A stretch of DNA of 64,000 nt. Origin: an uncultured bacterium. GTDB lineage: Bacteria > Zixibacteria > MSB-5A5 > UBA10806. The stretch covers positions 22,317-86,316 of the forward strand of contig CBEUCH010000015.1 of assembly GCA_965541585.1 (NCBI GenBank), given 5' to 3'. This document shows positions 40,880 through 51,511 of this stretch, piece after piece. The first letter of the stretch is position 1; the number at the start of each line of letters is the position of its first letter. The notes under the pieces were generated by a model. It was not told where the DNA came from. It did no database searches and worked only from the letters and a program-made list of their open reading frames with translations. Position numbers and translations under genes: made by a program.

Positions 40880-41641
40880 TTATTCACCTGGTTCACTTTC
40901 GTCAAGCGCAGAATTATCCGTTTTTGATTTTTCTTCTTGAAAGATAAGAATTGAAAGCGGTATTAACAACAAAATTACTAAAGTGAACGCGATAAATGCT
41001 AGGGAATTGTTTCCCACCCAAGCCTTAAAGCCATGTAATTCGGTTGGGTAATCAATCTTTACAGACCCAGACGAAAAACTAACCCGAGTATCTTTTTCAT
41101 CAAATTTGCTGTCGAGCTTATCTGCCCAGCAAACGACTCTGATTCCTTCTCCAGGCAATAGTGAACCTAAATCAATCCTGTGGTCATATTTCTCATTTCT
41201 ATCCTCTTTTCCGATGTGCTCTATGAAACAGTAACCTGAAGAAGGTAGTTGCAAAACAAGCCCTTTTACTTCCCTGCTACCGTCATTTTGAATTCTAAAG
41301 GTCCAATACGACCTCAAATCATATATAACGTCACTATAATCGGGTAATCTACTTCGTAGGAAAGCGGAAATATTATTGCCGTGATCTTGGGGAGATAAAC
41401 AGCTGTCTACCTCGATTCGTAGAACGGAGTCTATACTATCAGAGTATTCACGGCCTAGGACATTATTAATGAAATCAACAATCGGGTAAGGATCATAATG
41501 CTCATGATGGGAGCCTGTTGCTTTGATGTCGAAATCTTTCGTAAATATTACGCCGTATAATTGAATTGCGTAATACACTGATCCAGGAATACCAAAAACA
41601 GCAATGATCCATGGAAGCCAAAATTTGACTCTAAAATTCAT
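40880..41641 (-). CDS. Hypothetical membrane protein with N- and C-terminal TM helices
   Basis: Hydrophobic segments at both ends; start placed after AAGGAAGG. Confidence 0.65.
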   Translation of the reverse strand: MNFRVKFWLPWIIAVFGIPGSVYYAIQLYGVIFTKDFDIKATGSHHEHYDPYPIVDFINNVLGREYSDSIDSVLRIEVDSCLSPQDHGNNISAFLRSRLPDYSDVIYDLRSYWTFRIQNDGSREVKGLVLQLPSSGYCFIEHIGKEDRNEKYDHRIDLGSLLPGEGIRVVCWADKLDSKFDEKDTRVSFSSGSVKIDYPTELHGFKAWVGNNSLAFIAFTLVILLLIPLSILIFQEEKSKTDNSALDESEPGE

Positions 41642-41944
41642 CACTTTTCCTTCCTTAAAAGGACTTACGACCTCTATGAATTTATCAAATTTGAACAAGA
41701 CTGTCAAATAAAAGCTAAAAATCTAATATGAGCACTTGGATATGCGGGAGTTGTACCTATATTCCCTTAAAACCGTCCTCATGCCTTCGTCGGCTGCCAA
41801 ATTGACAAAGAACCTTATGCTATAAGGGTGGCACATCAAGCCGCCTCTTTTTAGTGGTATAAGAACCCTGATAGCCGCCTATCCCTTGCCATTTCATCAA
41901 TATACGAATCAATCATTTCCAAAGCCCATAGAAAGGAGTCATCA

Positions 41945-42667
41945 TTGGATGATAAAATGTTGAAGACAGGCCAAATCCAGAAAGCCTTGGTCGAAGCTGG
42001 CTTTAATCCCGAAGAGGAACTGCTGAATCTGGAATCATCCGGCAGTGGTTTTGAAGTCCCTAGGATTAGGATCGATCATAAAGACTCGGGAAAACACCGT
42101 ATCTATATTGACCACGGAGAGAACTACCTTGGCGGGGACACCCAGGAAGAGACCCTACCCGAGAGCACATTTCAGGCAGTCGTATTCGCGGAGCAGGACA
42201 TCAGGGCCCTTTGGACAGATGGTATAGCACTGCCAATCTGCAGTGGAATAGACGGAAAGCCGATGGTGAACGATCCGGTTAGCCCGAGCTGTATGAATTG
42301 CGAGGAAGCAATCATCAACCGGGGCAAGTGCAAACCGAAAATCAGACTATGGCTGCTTCTCGAAAAAGAGGGACAGATCAGGCCATTTGTAATGAGCCTG
42401 AGTCCGACATCGATCAAACACTGGAACCAGCATAAAAGAAAGCTGAAGAGGTCGAGGCTTCCTGTCGTTGCGGTAACCACTGTCTTCAGTCTTCAGGACG
42501 TAAAGAAGAACAGCTACAGATGGGCGGAAGTCCTGTTTGACGTTGCCGGGAGGCCATCGATGGATACGCTTCAGATGGCCAAACAGGCCCGGGATGAGTT
42601 GGATCGGGTGATGCAGGACATCACGGTCAGAGACTTTGAGGATTCTGGGGAACAGTCTGGGAGCTAA
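41945..42667 (+). CDS. Phage-type Cys-rich protein, possibly ssDNA-binding or recombination
   Basis: AAGGAG SD; PRIRI...CSGIDG...CMNC...CK...LSPTSIK pattern and acidic tail; function is inference. Confidence 0.5.
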   Translation: MDDKMLKTGQIQKALVEAGFNPEEELLNLESSGSGFEVPRIRIDHKDSGKHRIYIDHGENYLGGDTQEETLPESTFQAVVFAEQDIRALWTDGIALPICSGIDGKPMVNDPVSPSCMNCEEAIINRGKCKPKIRLWLLLEKEGQIRPFVMSLSPTSIKHWNQHKRKLKRSRLPVVAVTTVFSLQDVKKNSYRWAEVLFDVAGRPSMDTLQMAKQARDELDRVMQDITVRDFEDSGEQSGS

Positions 42668-42672
42668 GGGAA

Positions 42673-42700
42673 GAAGCCGGCCTCGTAAGGGGTCGGTTTC
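42673..42700 (+). terminator. Hairpin after the 41945-42667 gene
   Basis: GAAGCCGGCCTC-GTAA-GGGGTCGGTTTC. Confidence 0.5.
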
Positions 42701-42852
42701 ATCATTCGCAAAATGAACTTGATGTTTGATTCTCGAAAATTTGCCTTTACATACGATTCGACCCACATTATTATGTATGAAATTCCGTAATTCTGTCAGA
42801 CGCCTTGTAGGTCAACTGTTGTCTTAATAGCCACCAAATTAAGAGGCAACAA

Positions 42853-45800
42853 ATGGAAAATGAAAAATATGATAAAGGCGAAAGCGCAATGAAGGCCTGG
42901 TTTGATTCCTTCCGAATAAGAGACTGGATTGACATGGCAGAGCTAACCGAGAGGATTTCAGTATTTTCCGAAAAGGAATCACAATTTCTCCACAAAATGG
43001 CGGAATTGGCTGAGCAAGGTCCCCCTCCCACTGTTAAGCAAATTGGATTTGCTCAGAGTATTGTCGATAAGATTGGACTATCAAGAGGCGACCGTCCGAT
43101 ATCTGGCGAAATAAAGGTGGAGAAGATACTGGACAATAAAACCGCAGACAAAACTATGCACCTGACAGTACGCCTTGCTTGGCACTCTGACGGATGGAAT
43201 GGAAACATATGTACCGCACCCGATAAGAATGATTACTGCGTAGGAGAACATTCGCTGTTATCAAAGAGGGTGAGGGAAAACAGAAACCTAGCAACTGAGT
43301 CAGAGCTCGCTGGGTGCAAATGTGACGAAGGCCACAATAAAGACTATCAGGCTCCATGTTACTGGTCCATCAATGCGTTGGGTGACTCTCCTATTCATTG
43401 TCAGCACGAACACGCAATTGAGAGAGGAGCACCTAAAATCGGAGAAGATCTTCCTCCCTATTCGGTTTTCACATGGCCTTTCAAACTATTTTTTTCCAGA
43501 AGCAAAGAGGAAAAGGAAAAAAACGGTAAATACCCTCCTATGCAGGAAGACAAGGCAATGCGCTTCTTCGGTAAATTTTCAGAAGGAAATTCTATAGTAT
43601 TCCTTTATTGTAATTACGACAATCCGATTTCGGGTGACGACCAAAAATATCTGTTAGTCGGCTGTGGGTTGCTTAAAGGGAAAGGCAAATTAAGCCATTT
43701 TAATATATCACGCGAGCGAATGAGTTGGTGGCAAGCTAAAAAAGAATTTAAAAACTTCTCCAATCTGAATTGGAGTTATAGAATCTCAATGGATCTGCCT
43801 AAGATGGGCGTAATTATCCCGTATCACAATTATCTCAGACACGCCGTAGAAAATGATAATTACGCTTATCTCAACGAAATAAAGATAATAATTGATGAAC
43901 CGGAGCTTATACCCGGCTTCAAATATGTGGCTATGGATATTGATGACGATCAGGCGATATACCTGCTTACTAAGATAAGAAAAAGCCTTTATAAGATGAA
44001 GGAACAAGCTTTCTTAACAAAAACTGAATTTAATCTGGATGATGCAATAAGAAAGGCAGAATACTTGCTGGGTCTATGTTGGAACAAGAGAGGTTATCTT
44101 CCTGGTCTGGGGAAACTCGCACGGATATTTCTGGATCGCAGCAAGGCCGAGCCACTTAGATTAGACGAGTTATTTTCAACTATGACAGGCAGTGCAGATG
44201 CAGTTGAAGAGCTTATAAGTCTGCTAAATGATCCAGAAAACCTCCCCGATGAAATGGATGATTATTATGACGAGTTATCTGACTTGCACGATACGATAAG
44301 GTCTAAAGGTTTATCAACAGAGGAATTCATTCGGCTCTCAGCGTTAGACCTTACTGATCATCAATTTAGACGAATTGTACAAGGTAGGATCTCCGATAAT
44401 GGTGTTGGGCTCAAGGATATATGCAATAATCCCTATGTCCTTTGCGAGGAATATCAGATAAGTGATTATGATCATATAGAGGACCCAATAACGGGTGACC
44501 AGATCGATGGGTTGATACACGTATTTAAAATAGATATCGCATATTATCCTGATGTAAGATTTCAAAAGAAGCTAAAGTTGCTTCACAGGATGACGAGTGA
44601 TGATCCTCGAAGGATAAGAGCGCTAGCGATATCTTATCTTAGGGGAGTAGAGGAAAGCGGTGATTGTTTTGAAAGTGGAGTCGAACTGGGAAAGAGGCTC
44701 ATGGAATATCCTTTGTTTTACAAATCTATTTATCTATTGCGAGAAGATATCTTAACTCATCCCGACAGGCCTCTGGAGAGCCATTTAGCAGAGAAGATAG
44801 TAATAGAAAGAGATACTGAAAATCAAAGGATATTTTATTATTTAAAAGAAATCTATGAAGCTGAAAGATCCGTTGAAGATGCCATTAACTTTCTTCTCAG
44901 GCAGCCAGATATTGAAATCGCTCCACAATTGGGCGTCGGTGAATCGGCAACGTATCTTAAAAATAAACTGGGAGAAAGATTCAGGGAAGGACAATTTCTA
45001 TTGGAACGCAGTAAGCTCTATGAGAAGATTCTAAAGAAAAGGGTTTTTGTTCTTTCTGGAGGACCAGGAACTGGTAAGTCGTTTGAACTTTTAAAGTTAA
45101 TAGATGTACTCAAGCAGGACGGGCAAAATTATCTGCTGCTTTGTCCCACAGGCAAGGCCACGTTACGACTTAAGAATAATGATGAGGGATTTGGAAATAT
45201 CATTGCTCGGACAATTGACAAATTCTTTGCCGAAAGAAAAAAGGAAAAGAATAGCAGATATGTCGTCGAAAACCTAATAATTGATGAATTTTCCATGGTA
45301 GACTTGAAAAAAATGAGGGATTTGCTTGATATAGTAAGAGTGAAATCCCAGGATTTCAAGAGACTTATATTAGTTGGTGACGAGCATCAGCTTCCACCAA
45401 TCGGGTATGGAAGAGTCCTTTATGATATAGTTAATTATTTGAAGAGAGATGCCCGCTATGAGGCTAATAATTATATTCGTCTGGAAACCAATTGCCGCCA
45501 AGAGTATGATGAAAACATAGTAAAGTTTGCTAGAATATTCTCCAGACAAGAAAGAAATCCGGAGCATTTACTGACGAAGATGGCTAAAGGCGGGAACGTA
45601 TCAAAAGGATTATTAATACAATATTGGAACTCTCGAGAACAGCTATATGAGTTAATAACCTCGACATTTGCAAATATATTCGGAGACCAAAATACCGGCA
45701 TCGATCTTGATCTTTTGATAAACACAGTGTTTGGCTTAGAACAGGACGGAACCATCGATGAGAGTGACTCCCGATTCAATGAAAGTCTTAAAGTTGATAG

Positions 45801-46767
45801 GTTCCAAATAATATCTCCATACAGAACCGGGTTCTTCGGGGCGCTGGGTTTGAACAACTATGTTCAAGAGAAATTCAAAGGTAAGCAGAGTTTCATTCCT
45901 CGCCTTTCTTTGAAGCACGGGGATAAAATAATGCAGATTGAGAATATGTATAGTAATGATGGTAGAGAACTACTAATATCAAATGGCTCCCTCGGTGTTG
46001 TCCAGCAAAGAGGACAGTATGGAAAGTCGTTTTACTTTCTGGAAAGATCCAAACCTTTCACCCGCCTCAAAGAGGAGTCATTTGAGTTGGCCTATGCCAT
46101 CACGGTGCATAAGTCCCAGGGCAGTGGCTTTGACCATGTATTCTTCATTGTACCTTCAAAAAGCACGCTGCTGTCAAGAGAGCTAGTTTACACTGCTATG
46201 ACCAGGTCTAAATTAGGCATTTCTATTTTTGTACACGATGCAGGGAAGATTGAAAGTAGGGCTAATAAATTCCACGAGATCATCAACAAATCAAGCGTAG
46301 AATTACGTAAAACAAGCCTAATGGGAAAATATTACTGGGAATTTTCTTTGAATCCTGCTCCCGATGTGTATGTGAGATCTAGAGCAGAATATATCATTTA
46401 TAAAAGCCTTTTAGAATTCAAAAAACAGGAAAGCAGTTTCTCGTTCGCCTACGAGAATCCTCTTGAGATTGATGAAGAATTATCTATAAAACCAGATTTC
46501 ATACTGATTACCCCGAAGGGCGAATTCTATTGGGAACACCTAGGCCGCCTTGGTGACATACACTACGAAGGATCTTGGCAAAGTAGGCGAAAGTTATATG
46601 AAAGAAAGGGTCTAATTGACAATTTGATTACCACCGACGAGCTTCTTGGCATACACGATAGCAAGATCAAAAAGATAATATTTCAAATTTGTCGTGGAAA
46701 GCTATCTTCAGATAGAGAAGATGAAAAGTACTCATTACACCATTATCAGCTATCAGATTATTCTTAA
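42853..46767 (+). CDS. Large RecD-like SF1B helicase with C-terminal PD-(D/E)xK-like nuclease domain
   Basis: GGPGTGKS, PTGKA, IDEFSMVD, GDEHQLPPIG, AYAITVHKSQGS, YTAMTR; C-terminal VRSRAEYII...KPDF...YWEHLG. Confidence 0.88.
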   Translation: MENEKYDKGESAMKAWFDSFRIRDWIDMAELTERISVFSEKESQFLHKMAELAEQGPPPTVKQIGFAQSIVDKIGLSRGDRPISGEIKVEKILDNKTADKTMHLTVRLAWHSDGWNGNICTAPDKNDYCVGEHSLLSKRVRENRNLATESELAGCKCDEGHNKDYQAPCYWSINALGDSPIHCQHEHAIERGAPKIGEDLPPYSVFTWPFKLFFSRSKEEKEKNGKYPPMQEDKAMRFFGKFSEGNSIVFLYCNYDNPISGDDQKYLLVGCGLLKGKGKLSHFNISRERMSWWQAKKEFKNFSNLNWSYRISMDLPKMGVIIPYHNYLRHAVENDNYAYLNEIKIIIDEPELIPGFKYVAMDIDDDQAIYLLTKIRKSLYKMKEQAFLTKTEFNLDDAIRKAEYLLGLCWNKRGYLPGLGKLARIFLDRSKAEPLRLDELFSTMTGSADAVEELISLLNDPENLPDEMDDYYDELSDLHDTIRSKGLSTEEFIRLSALDLTDHQFRRIVQGRISDNGVGLKDICNNPYVLCEEYQISDYDHIEDPITGDQIDGLIHVFKIDIAYYPDVRFQKKLKLLHRMTSDDPRRIRALAISYLRGVEESGDCFESGVELGKRLMEYPLFYKSIYLLREDILTHPDRPLESHLAEKIVIERDTENQRIFYYLKEIYEAERSVEDAINFLLRQPDIEIAPQLGVGESATYLKNKLGERFREGQFLLERSKLYEKILKKRVFVLSGGPGTGKSFELLKLIDVLKQDGQNYLLLCPTGKATLRLKNNDEGFGNIIARTIDKFFAERKKEKNSRYVVENLIIDEFSMVDLKKMRDLLDIVRVKSQDFKRLILVGDEHQLPPIGYGRVLYDIVNYLKRDARYEANNYIRLETNCRQEYDENIVKFARIFSRQERNPEHLLTKMAKGGNVSKGLLIQYWNSREQLYELITSTFANIFGDQNTGIDLDLLINTVFGLEQDGTIDESDSRFNESLKVDRFQIISPYRTGFFGALGLNNYVQEKFKGKQSFIPRLSLKHGDKIMQIENMYSNDGRELLISNGSLGVVQQRGQYGKSFYFLERSKPFTRLKEESFELAYAITVHKSQGSGFDHVFFIVPSKSTLLSRELVYTAMTRSKLGISIFVHDAGKIESRANKFHEIINKSSVELRKTSLMGKYYWEFSLNPAPDVYVRSRAEYIIYKSLLEFKKQESSFSFAYENPLEIDEELSIKPDFILITPKGEFYWEHLGRLGDIHYEGSWQSRRKLYERKGLIDNLITTDELLGIHDSKIKKIIFQICRGKLSSDREDEKYSLHHYQLSDYS

Positions 46768-46903
46768 AAGACGGGATGGCATTTATATCTGAGCTGTCAA
46801 AAAGAGAAAGGCGTTGAAGTGCAATAGCCATGCGCTTGAGATACCCATACTTATCTGAGAGCGACCTCATCTTTACGCGAAAATGACTTAGAAAAAGGTA
46901 AGA

Positions 46904-47641
46904 ATGTCTAAAAGGGAACGCGGCAGCCGTAAACATATTCTGGAACTTGTCAATAAATCGGATTTCGTTAATGTAATGAACGATCTGCTGGATTCTCATG
47001 GAATTGTATTCGCAGGTCAGGATCGACAACAGCCCAATACGAATAGTAAAGAAGAGTGGACACTCCGTCAATTCTGCAGTCAGCATTGCCAGGATTCCTT
47101 TGATTTCGCCAGCTTTGACAAATGGTGGGTACCGGATAAATATAAGAATCCGACGTGGGATTTATTATCGACATGCGTCATTAAGGGACGACCAGGCCTA
47201 CTACTGGTCGAAGCTAAAGCGCATGAGGAGGAGCTGCATTTTGAAGGCAAAGAACTCGGAAACAACGCTTCGGAGCAATCCCGAAAAAACCACGAGCGGA
47301 TTCGTCAATGCATAGAACAAGCCAACAAATCGTTAAATGAAAGGCGTGGAGGTTTCAATATTAGTATCGATAAATGCTATCAACTTAGTAACCGAGTGGC
47401 ATCCGCCTGGAAGCTTGCGGAATGCGGTTTGCCAACAGTACTACTTTATTTGGGTTTCATTGGAGACAAGTACTTCGAAAATTATTTCATTGATTATGGC
47501 CATTGGCAGAGGATGATGGGCGCACATATTATAAATGTCGTGCCGCTTTCGTTTCCCAGCAAAAATTTAGAATTTGAAAAAGAAGTGACTTTAATGATGT
47601 TAATAAAATCATTACCAATCTTATCTGAGGGTATTTCTTAA
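46904..47641 (+). CDS. Restriction-endonuclease-like (PD-(D/E)xK) protein
   Basis: PTWD...LLLVEAKAHEEEL...YQLSNR. Confidence 0.6.
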   Translation: MSKRERGSRKHILELVNKSDFVNVMNDLLDSHGIVFAGQDRQQPNTNSKEEWTLRQFCSQHCQDSFDFASFDKWWVPDKYKNPTWDLLSTCVIKGRPGLLLVEAKAHEEELHFEGKELGNNASEQSRKNHERIRQCIEQANKSLNERRGGFNISIDKCYQLSNRVASAWKLAECGLPTVLLYLGFIGDKYFENYFIDYGHWQRMMGAHIINVVPLSFPSKNLEFEKEVTLMMLIKSLPILSEGIS

Positions 47642-47693
47642 TTTATTGGTTATACCGCTTATATTTAGGTTTGCGGGGAACGCTATCAGAATT

Positions 47694-48614
47694 ATGAAGC
47701 TTAAAAAAGACCAAAGATGGGATGGTTGGCCCGCAATTGATGAAGAATACTTTGATTCCCTCGCGGCGAACTTAACATTAAGACCAGAAATACCAAAACA
47801 GATCCACCGCCTCATTAAACAAATGAAGTCGGTCTTAAGATTTTGCTATTTTGATTACGAATTGATTGGAATTACTAATCTTTTATCAGTGCTCGCATTT
47901 GAAACTGCATTGAATCTTAAGTATCAAGAAATGGTTCCTGCGGAAGACCAAAATGCAAAAATTAGTCTTTTTCAGCTTATCAAATGGGGTGAAAGGGAAA
48001 ATCTGTTTGAAGAGCACATAGATTCACTCCATTCGTTAAGGAAGGTTCGCAATATGTATGCTCACCCAAAGGATGCTATGATTTTTGGAATCATGGGGAT
48101 TCATTCAACAATAAAAATAATTGATTTAATCAATGGAATATATGATAGCCGGATAGATTATAGAATTAAACGTAAAAGAAAGACAGATAGGATTAATCGA
48201 GTTCTTTTCCACCGTTCGAAAGAAGGATTGATTCTCCAATTAGAGGATTTACGGCTTATCGTTTTTGATTCACGCCTTATTCTCTATAATAACCTCTCTT
48301 CAGATCCAGAATATTATTTTTGGATATATCCGATATTTGAAATCAAAGAAGACGCGACAGAAGTAGATGAGAAGAAGCCGATTATACTGCACTGTAAATC
48401 CATCAAATTTAAGAAATCAAGCGATGGTTGGAAGATGGTTATTGGAGAATCAACCTTGACAGAGATTGCTGGAAAAGAGGATAAGGAAAAATTCCGCCTC
48501 TGGCAAGAAAAACTCAATTCCTGTAAACTGCCTATTAAGTTTGCTATTGATCAAAGATACAATGATTTACGACGAGAGCTAATGTCGGATAAAATATACA
48601 AGTGGGCAGATTAA
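47694..48614 (+). CDS. HEPN-domain protein
   Basis: AFETAL followed by RNMYAH (Rx4H); start codon uncertain. Confidence 0.6.
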   Translation: MKLKKDQRWDGWPAIDEEYFDSLAANLTLRPEIPKQIHRLIKQMKSVLRFCYFDYELIGITNLLSVLAFETALNLKYQEMVPAEDQNAKISLFQLIKWGERENLFEEHIDSLHSLRKVRNMYAHPKDAMIFGIMGIHSTIKIIDLINGIYDSRIDYRIKRKRKTDRINRVLFHRSKEGLILQLEDLRLIVFDSRLILYNNLSSDPEYYFWIYPIFEIKEDATEVDEKKPIILHCKSIKFKKSSDGWKMVIGESTLTEIAGKEDKEKFRLWQEKLNSCKLPIKFAIDQRYNDLRRELMSDKIYKWAD

Positions 48615-48660
48615 GTATATTGATCAAGGTTGTTTAGGGTATAAGGAACTTTAATGATTC

Positions 48661-48999
48661 TTATTTTCTGCGGACCCTGGTTTTAAATATAACCTCCGCA
48701 ACCTCCCTAACCATCACAACATCATCAGCAGACTTCCGCTTCAATAGCTTCATCAAATCATCCAGAGCAAACTGAGCCTTCGTCTTCTTCTCCGGAAAAT
48801 CAAATAGTTCCTTCAGCTCGACCTTGAGAACCTTGGATATCCTGAACAAAGTGTCTACGGAGGCCGAACGCTTACCTTTTTCCAATAGAGCGATGAAATT
48901 AGTGCTCAAACCAGCCTTATCAGCCAAGCCCGATTGAGTTAATTTCAGGTTCTTCCGTAGCTGCCTGATTTTATTTCCAAGTAAAACGAGAACGTCCAT
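48661..48999 (-). CDS. XRE-family HTH regulator
   Basis: LGNKIRQLRKNLKLTQSGLADKAGLSTNFIALLEKG. Confidence 0.88.
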   Translation of the reverse strand: MDVLVLLGNKIRQLRKNLKLTQSGLADKAGLSTNFIALLEKGKRSASVDTLFRISKVLKVELKELFDFPEKKTKAQFALDDLMKLLKRKSADDVVMVREVAEVIFKTRVRRK

Positions 49000-49238
49000 A
49001 CGCTAATCCTCCGTAAACGTTGAAATAATAAATAGTTAGCTCGAAGGTAGCGAAATAGACAGATAGTTATAATAATGGATGATATAGGCATTATATATTG
49101 ACTAATAGTGTGATTTTGCTATATTGGGCCTGTGACCTGAAATTTAGCGGGTCCGTCAATTTGCAATTGGAAACGCATACATCGGGGCATTTACAAAGCA
49201 AAGAAGGAAACAAAAATCAATTATTCATGGGGGTTGTC

Positions 49239-51353
49239 ATGAGGGCTTTGATTATAGCAATGGTTAGCCTGTTTTGTATTTCTGAAGTCATTGCCGATGG
49301 GCCGTCATTTGGAGGAACACGGGTAATATTTTCTCGGAATAACGAAAATACGATGTTTGCCTCAATTAATGGCAACGCAAACGCCTATGGACTCTTCAAA
49401 ACCACGGATGGAGGAAACTCGTGGTATTTGCAAGCCAGCGAGCATGACGATCTCTTTGTAATAGCACCAAGCAACGCAAATTTAATTTATGGCTCAAACC
49501 ATAGGAGTACTGACGGCGGCGACACGTGGCAGGAATATGATGGGCAACCGATCATGGCGGTTCATCCTACTTACGGGAATACGTTGATAGGTATGTATGC
49601 TTTATTATATGGAGCAAGCTCATATAAGATCTCCACAAATGGCGGTGATAATTGGGAATCAAATACTATTCCAGGTTTTAATAGATATCCTTATTGCTCC
49701 AGTAGCAATGACGGTCTTTATTTACTCGTTACCAGCGACGGCATCTGGGAATACTATTTGTACTATTCTGATGATGGGTCAAACTGGATTCAAATAGGAG
49801 TTGAAATACCCATGACTACGAGTGCTTTCCCTCGATTGACTATTAATCCCTCAAATCCACAACATATCGCTATTATTTATGGACAGTATGTTTTATTTAG
49901 TACAGATCGTGGAAACACGTGGACGCAAAGTGACTATTTTTATCAGAACGTAATAAACATATATTGTGAGTCATTTTTGCAGCCGAACAGTACGACGTTT
50001 TTTGCTGGCACTTCTGATGGTTTATATAAAACCGATAATCTAGGTTCTTCGTGGCAATTTATTAGCTGTAAAGCGGGTAAAATTATGGACATTGATTATT
50101 TACCATCGTCCTCTAATATCGCGTTTGCAGCCGATCAAATAAATATTAGTACAGATAACGGAGCGAGTTGGAAAAATGTAGGTGTGGTTTATACTGGTTT
50201 CTCATATGATGTGCTTAATTCCTCCTATAATAACATATTCTGCAGCAACACCAATTATCTCCATAATGTAATGGCTTCTGATAACGATATTGATTGGTTC
50301 CCTGTGTTTGGCCAAGCCAGATCATTTAAATGCAACTCTAATGCATCCGCACTTTCAGCGCAAAGTGTCCAATATGATCATTATATTAGTTCAGACGGCG
50401 GGAATAGTTGGTCTGTTTTACCGGAACCATTATTTGATTTTTGGGCTATGTATCCTGCTTCTTCATCGATTCTTTACGGTTATGCATCGGTTGACGAAAT
50501 ATTCTGTATTTCTACAGATGGTGGGGAATCCTGGACCAATCGTCCAATTCCTTCATCCTCTTACATGTTTGATATCACTTCGAAATTATCCGATCCTTAT
50601 TCATTGTTCGTCCAGTGTGGGTATGATCTATATTTTACTAATGACGGTAGCATCAGTTGGAACATTATTACGCCTGAATTTGAGTATCATTCTTCTATTA
50701 GCGGTTTTTGCGTACAACAATCTGGCAATATACTATATGCGTTTGCTAGTTCTGATTTGGCTAAGTCAGCAGATGATGGATCATCATGGGATATTGTTTA
50801 TGATGATTATGCAGGTTATAGCTTTATGAGATTAGCTACACATCCAACGAATGGTGATATTATCTATGGAATAGGGCGGCATTCCCCAGATTACGTTGAT
50901 AGGCCTATTGTTTCATATGACGGAGGGGTAAGTTGGACGATGGCGTATCCGAATGAAGAGTTAGCTCCCGGCCCTAAGTTGTGCGTAGATCTGGCTTACC
51001 CAGATTTTGCATATTTCACTGGAGTTGACGGGATTATACGGTTGGATATGAGCGGATTTACAGATGTTTCGGATGGTGTATCTACACCGAGGGACCATGA
51101 ATTGATTTCAGTTTACCCTAATCCGTTCAATAGTTCCGCCATAGTAGATTATAATCTTCAGAAGGATTCCTTTGTAAAGATTGCCGTCTATGATATTCTT
51201 GGCCATAAATTAGAAACTTTAATAGCAAGAAAACAACCTGCAGGCAATCATAAAATAGTATGGAATGCGACAAATAAACCTTCTGGAATATATTTCATCA
51301 GAATTCAGGCTGGTGAATTCAGCGCAAACCGGAAGTTGTTACTTCTGAAATAG
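49239..51353 (+). CDS. Secreted BNR/VPS10-like beta-propeller protein with PNPFN-type C-terminal sorting domain
   Basis: Signal peptide MRALIIAMVSLFC; many S/TxDGGxxW repeats; YPNPFN...SGIYFIR...KLLLLK. Confidence 0.8.
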   Translation: MRALIIAMVSLFCISEVIADGPSFGGTRVIFSRNNENTMFASINGNANAYGLFKTTDGGNSWYLQASEHDDLFVIAPSNANLIYGSNHRSTDGGDTWQEYDGQPIMAVHPTYGNTLIGMYALLYGASSYKISTNGGDNWESNTIPGFNRYPYCSSSNDGLYLLVTSDGIWEYYLYYSDDGSNWIQIGVEIPMTTSAFPRLTINPSNPQHIAIIYGQYVLFSTDRGNTWTQSDYFYQNVINIYCESFLQPNSTTFFAGTSDGLYKTDNLGSSWQFISCKAGKIMDIDYLPSSSNIAFAADQINISTDNGASWKNVGVVYTGFSYDVLNSSYNNIFCSNTNYLHNVMASDNDIDWFPVFGQARSFKCNSNASALSAQSVQYDHYISSDGGNSWSVLPEPLFDFWAMYPASSSILYGYASVDEIFCISTDGGESWTNRPIPSSSYMFDITSKLSDPYSLFVQCGYDLYFTNDGSISWNIITPEFEYHSSISGFCVQQSGNILYAFASSDLAKSADDGSSWDIVYDDYAGYSFMRLATHPTNGDIIYGIGRHSPDYVDRPIVSYDGGVSWTMAYPNEELAPGPKLCVDLAYPDFAYFTGVDGIIRLDMSGFTDVSDGVSTPRDHELISVYPNPFNSSAIVDYNLQKDSFVKIAVYDILGHKLETLIARKQPAGNHKIVWNATNKPSGIYFIRIQAGEFSANRKLLLLK

Positions 51354-51376
51354 TCGATGTAAAAAAGAACTTGAAA

Positions 51377-51400
51377 GGGGAGCCCTTATTCCGGGCTCCC
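51377..51400. terminator. Hairpin between the convergent beta-propeller gene and the Ubl operon
   Basis: GGGAGCCC-ttattcc-GGGCTCCC. Confidence 0.7.
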
Positions 51401-51511
51401 ATCTTTCTTGTCGTCGCTTTCCTCTTCTTTATCCCGCAAAACAAGCTTTAGTATCTTCTCCACAAGCGCCCCCACAGATTCGGCCAGTTCCTGGGCTTCT
51501 TTTTCTTTCAT
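51386..51511 (-). CDS. 41-aa micro-ORF ending the Ubl operon
   Basis: MKEKEAQELAESVGALVEKILKLVLRDKEEESDDKKDGSPE; ATGA overlap with the preceding micro-ORF. Confidence 0.45.
   Translation of the reverse strand: MKEKEAQELAESVGALVEKILKLVLRDKEEESDDKKDGSPE

Noticed and set aside
42853..43155. First ~100 aa of the helicase as a separate AIPR-tail-like module
   Set aside because: The resemblance (PTVKQ...AQSI) is too short to support; the true start could be the Met at 43156.
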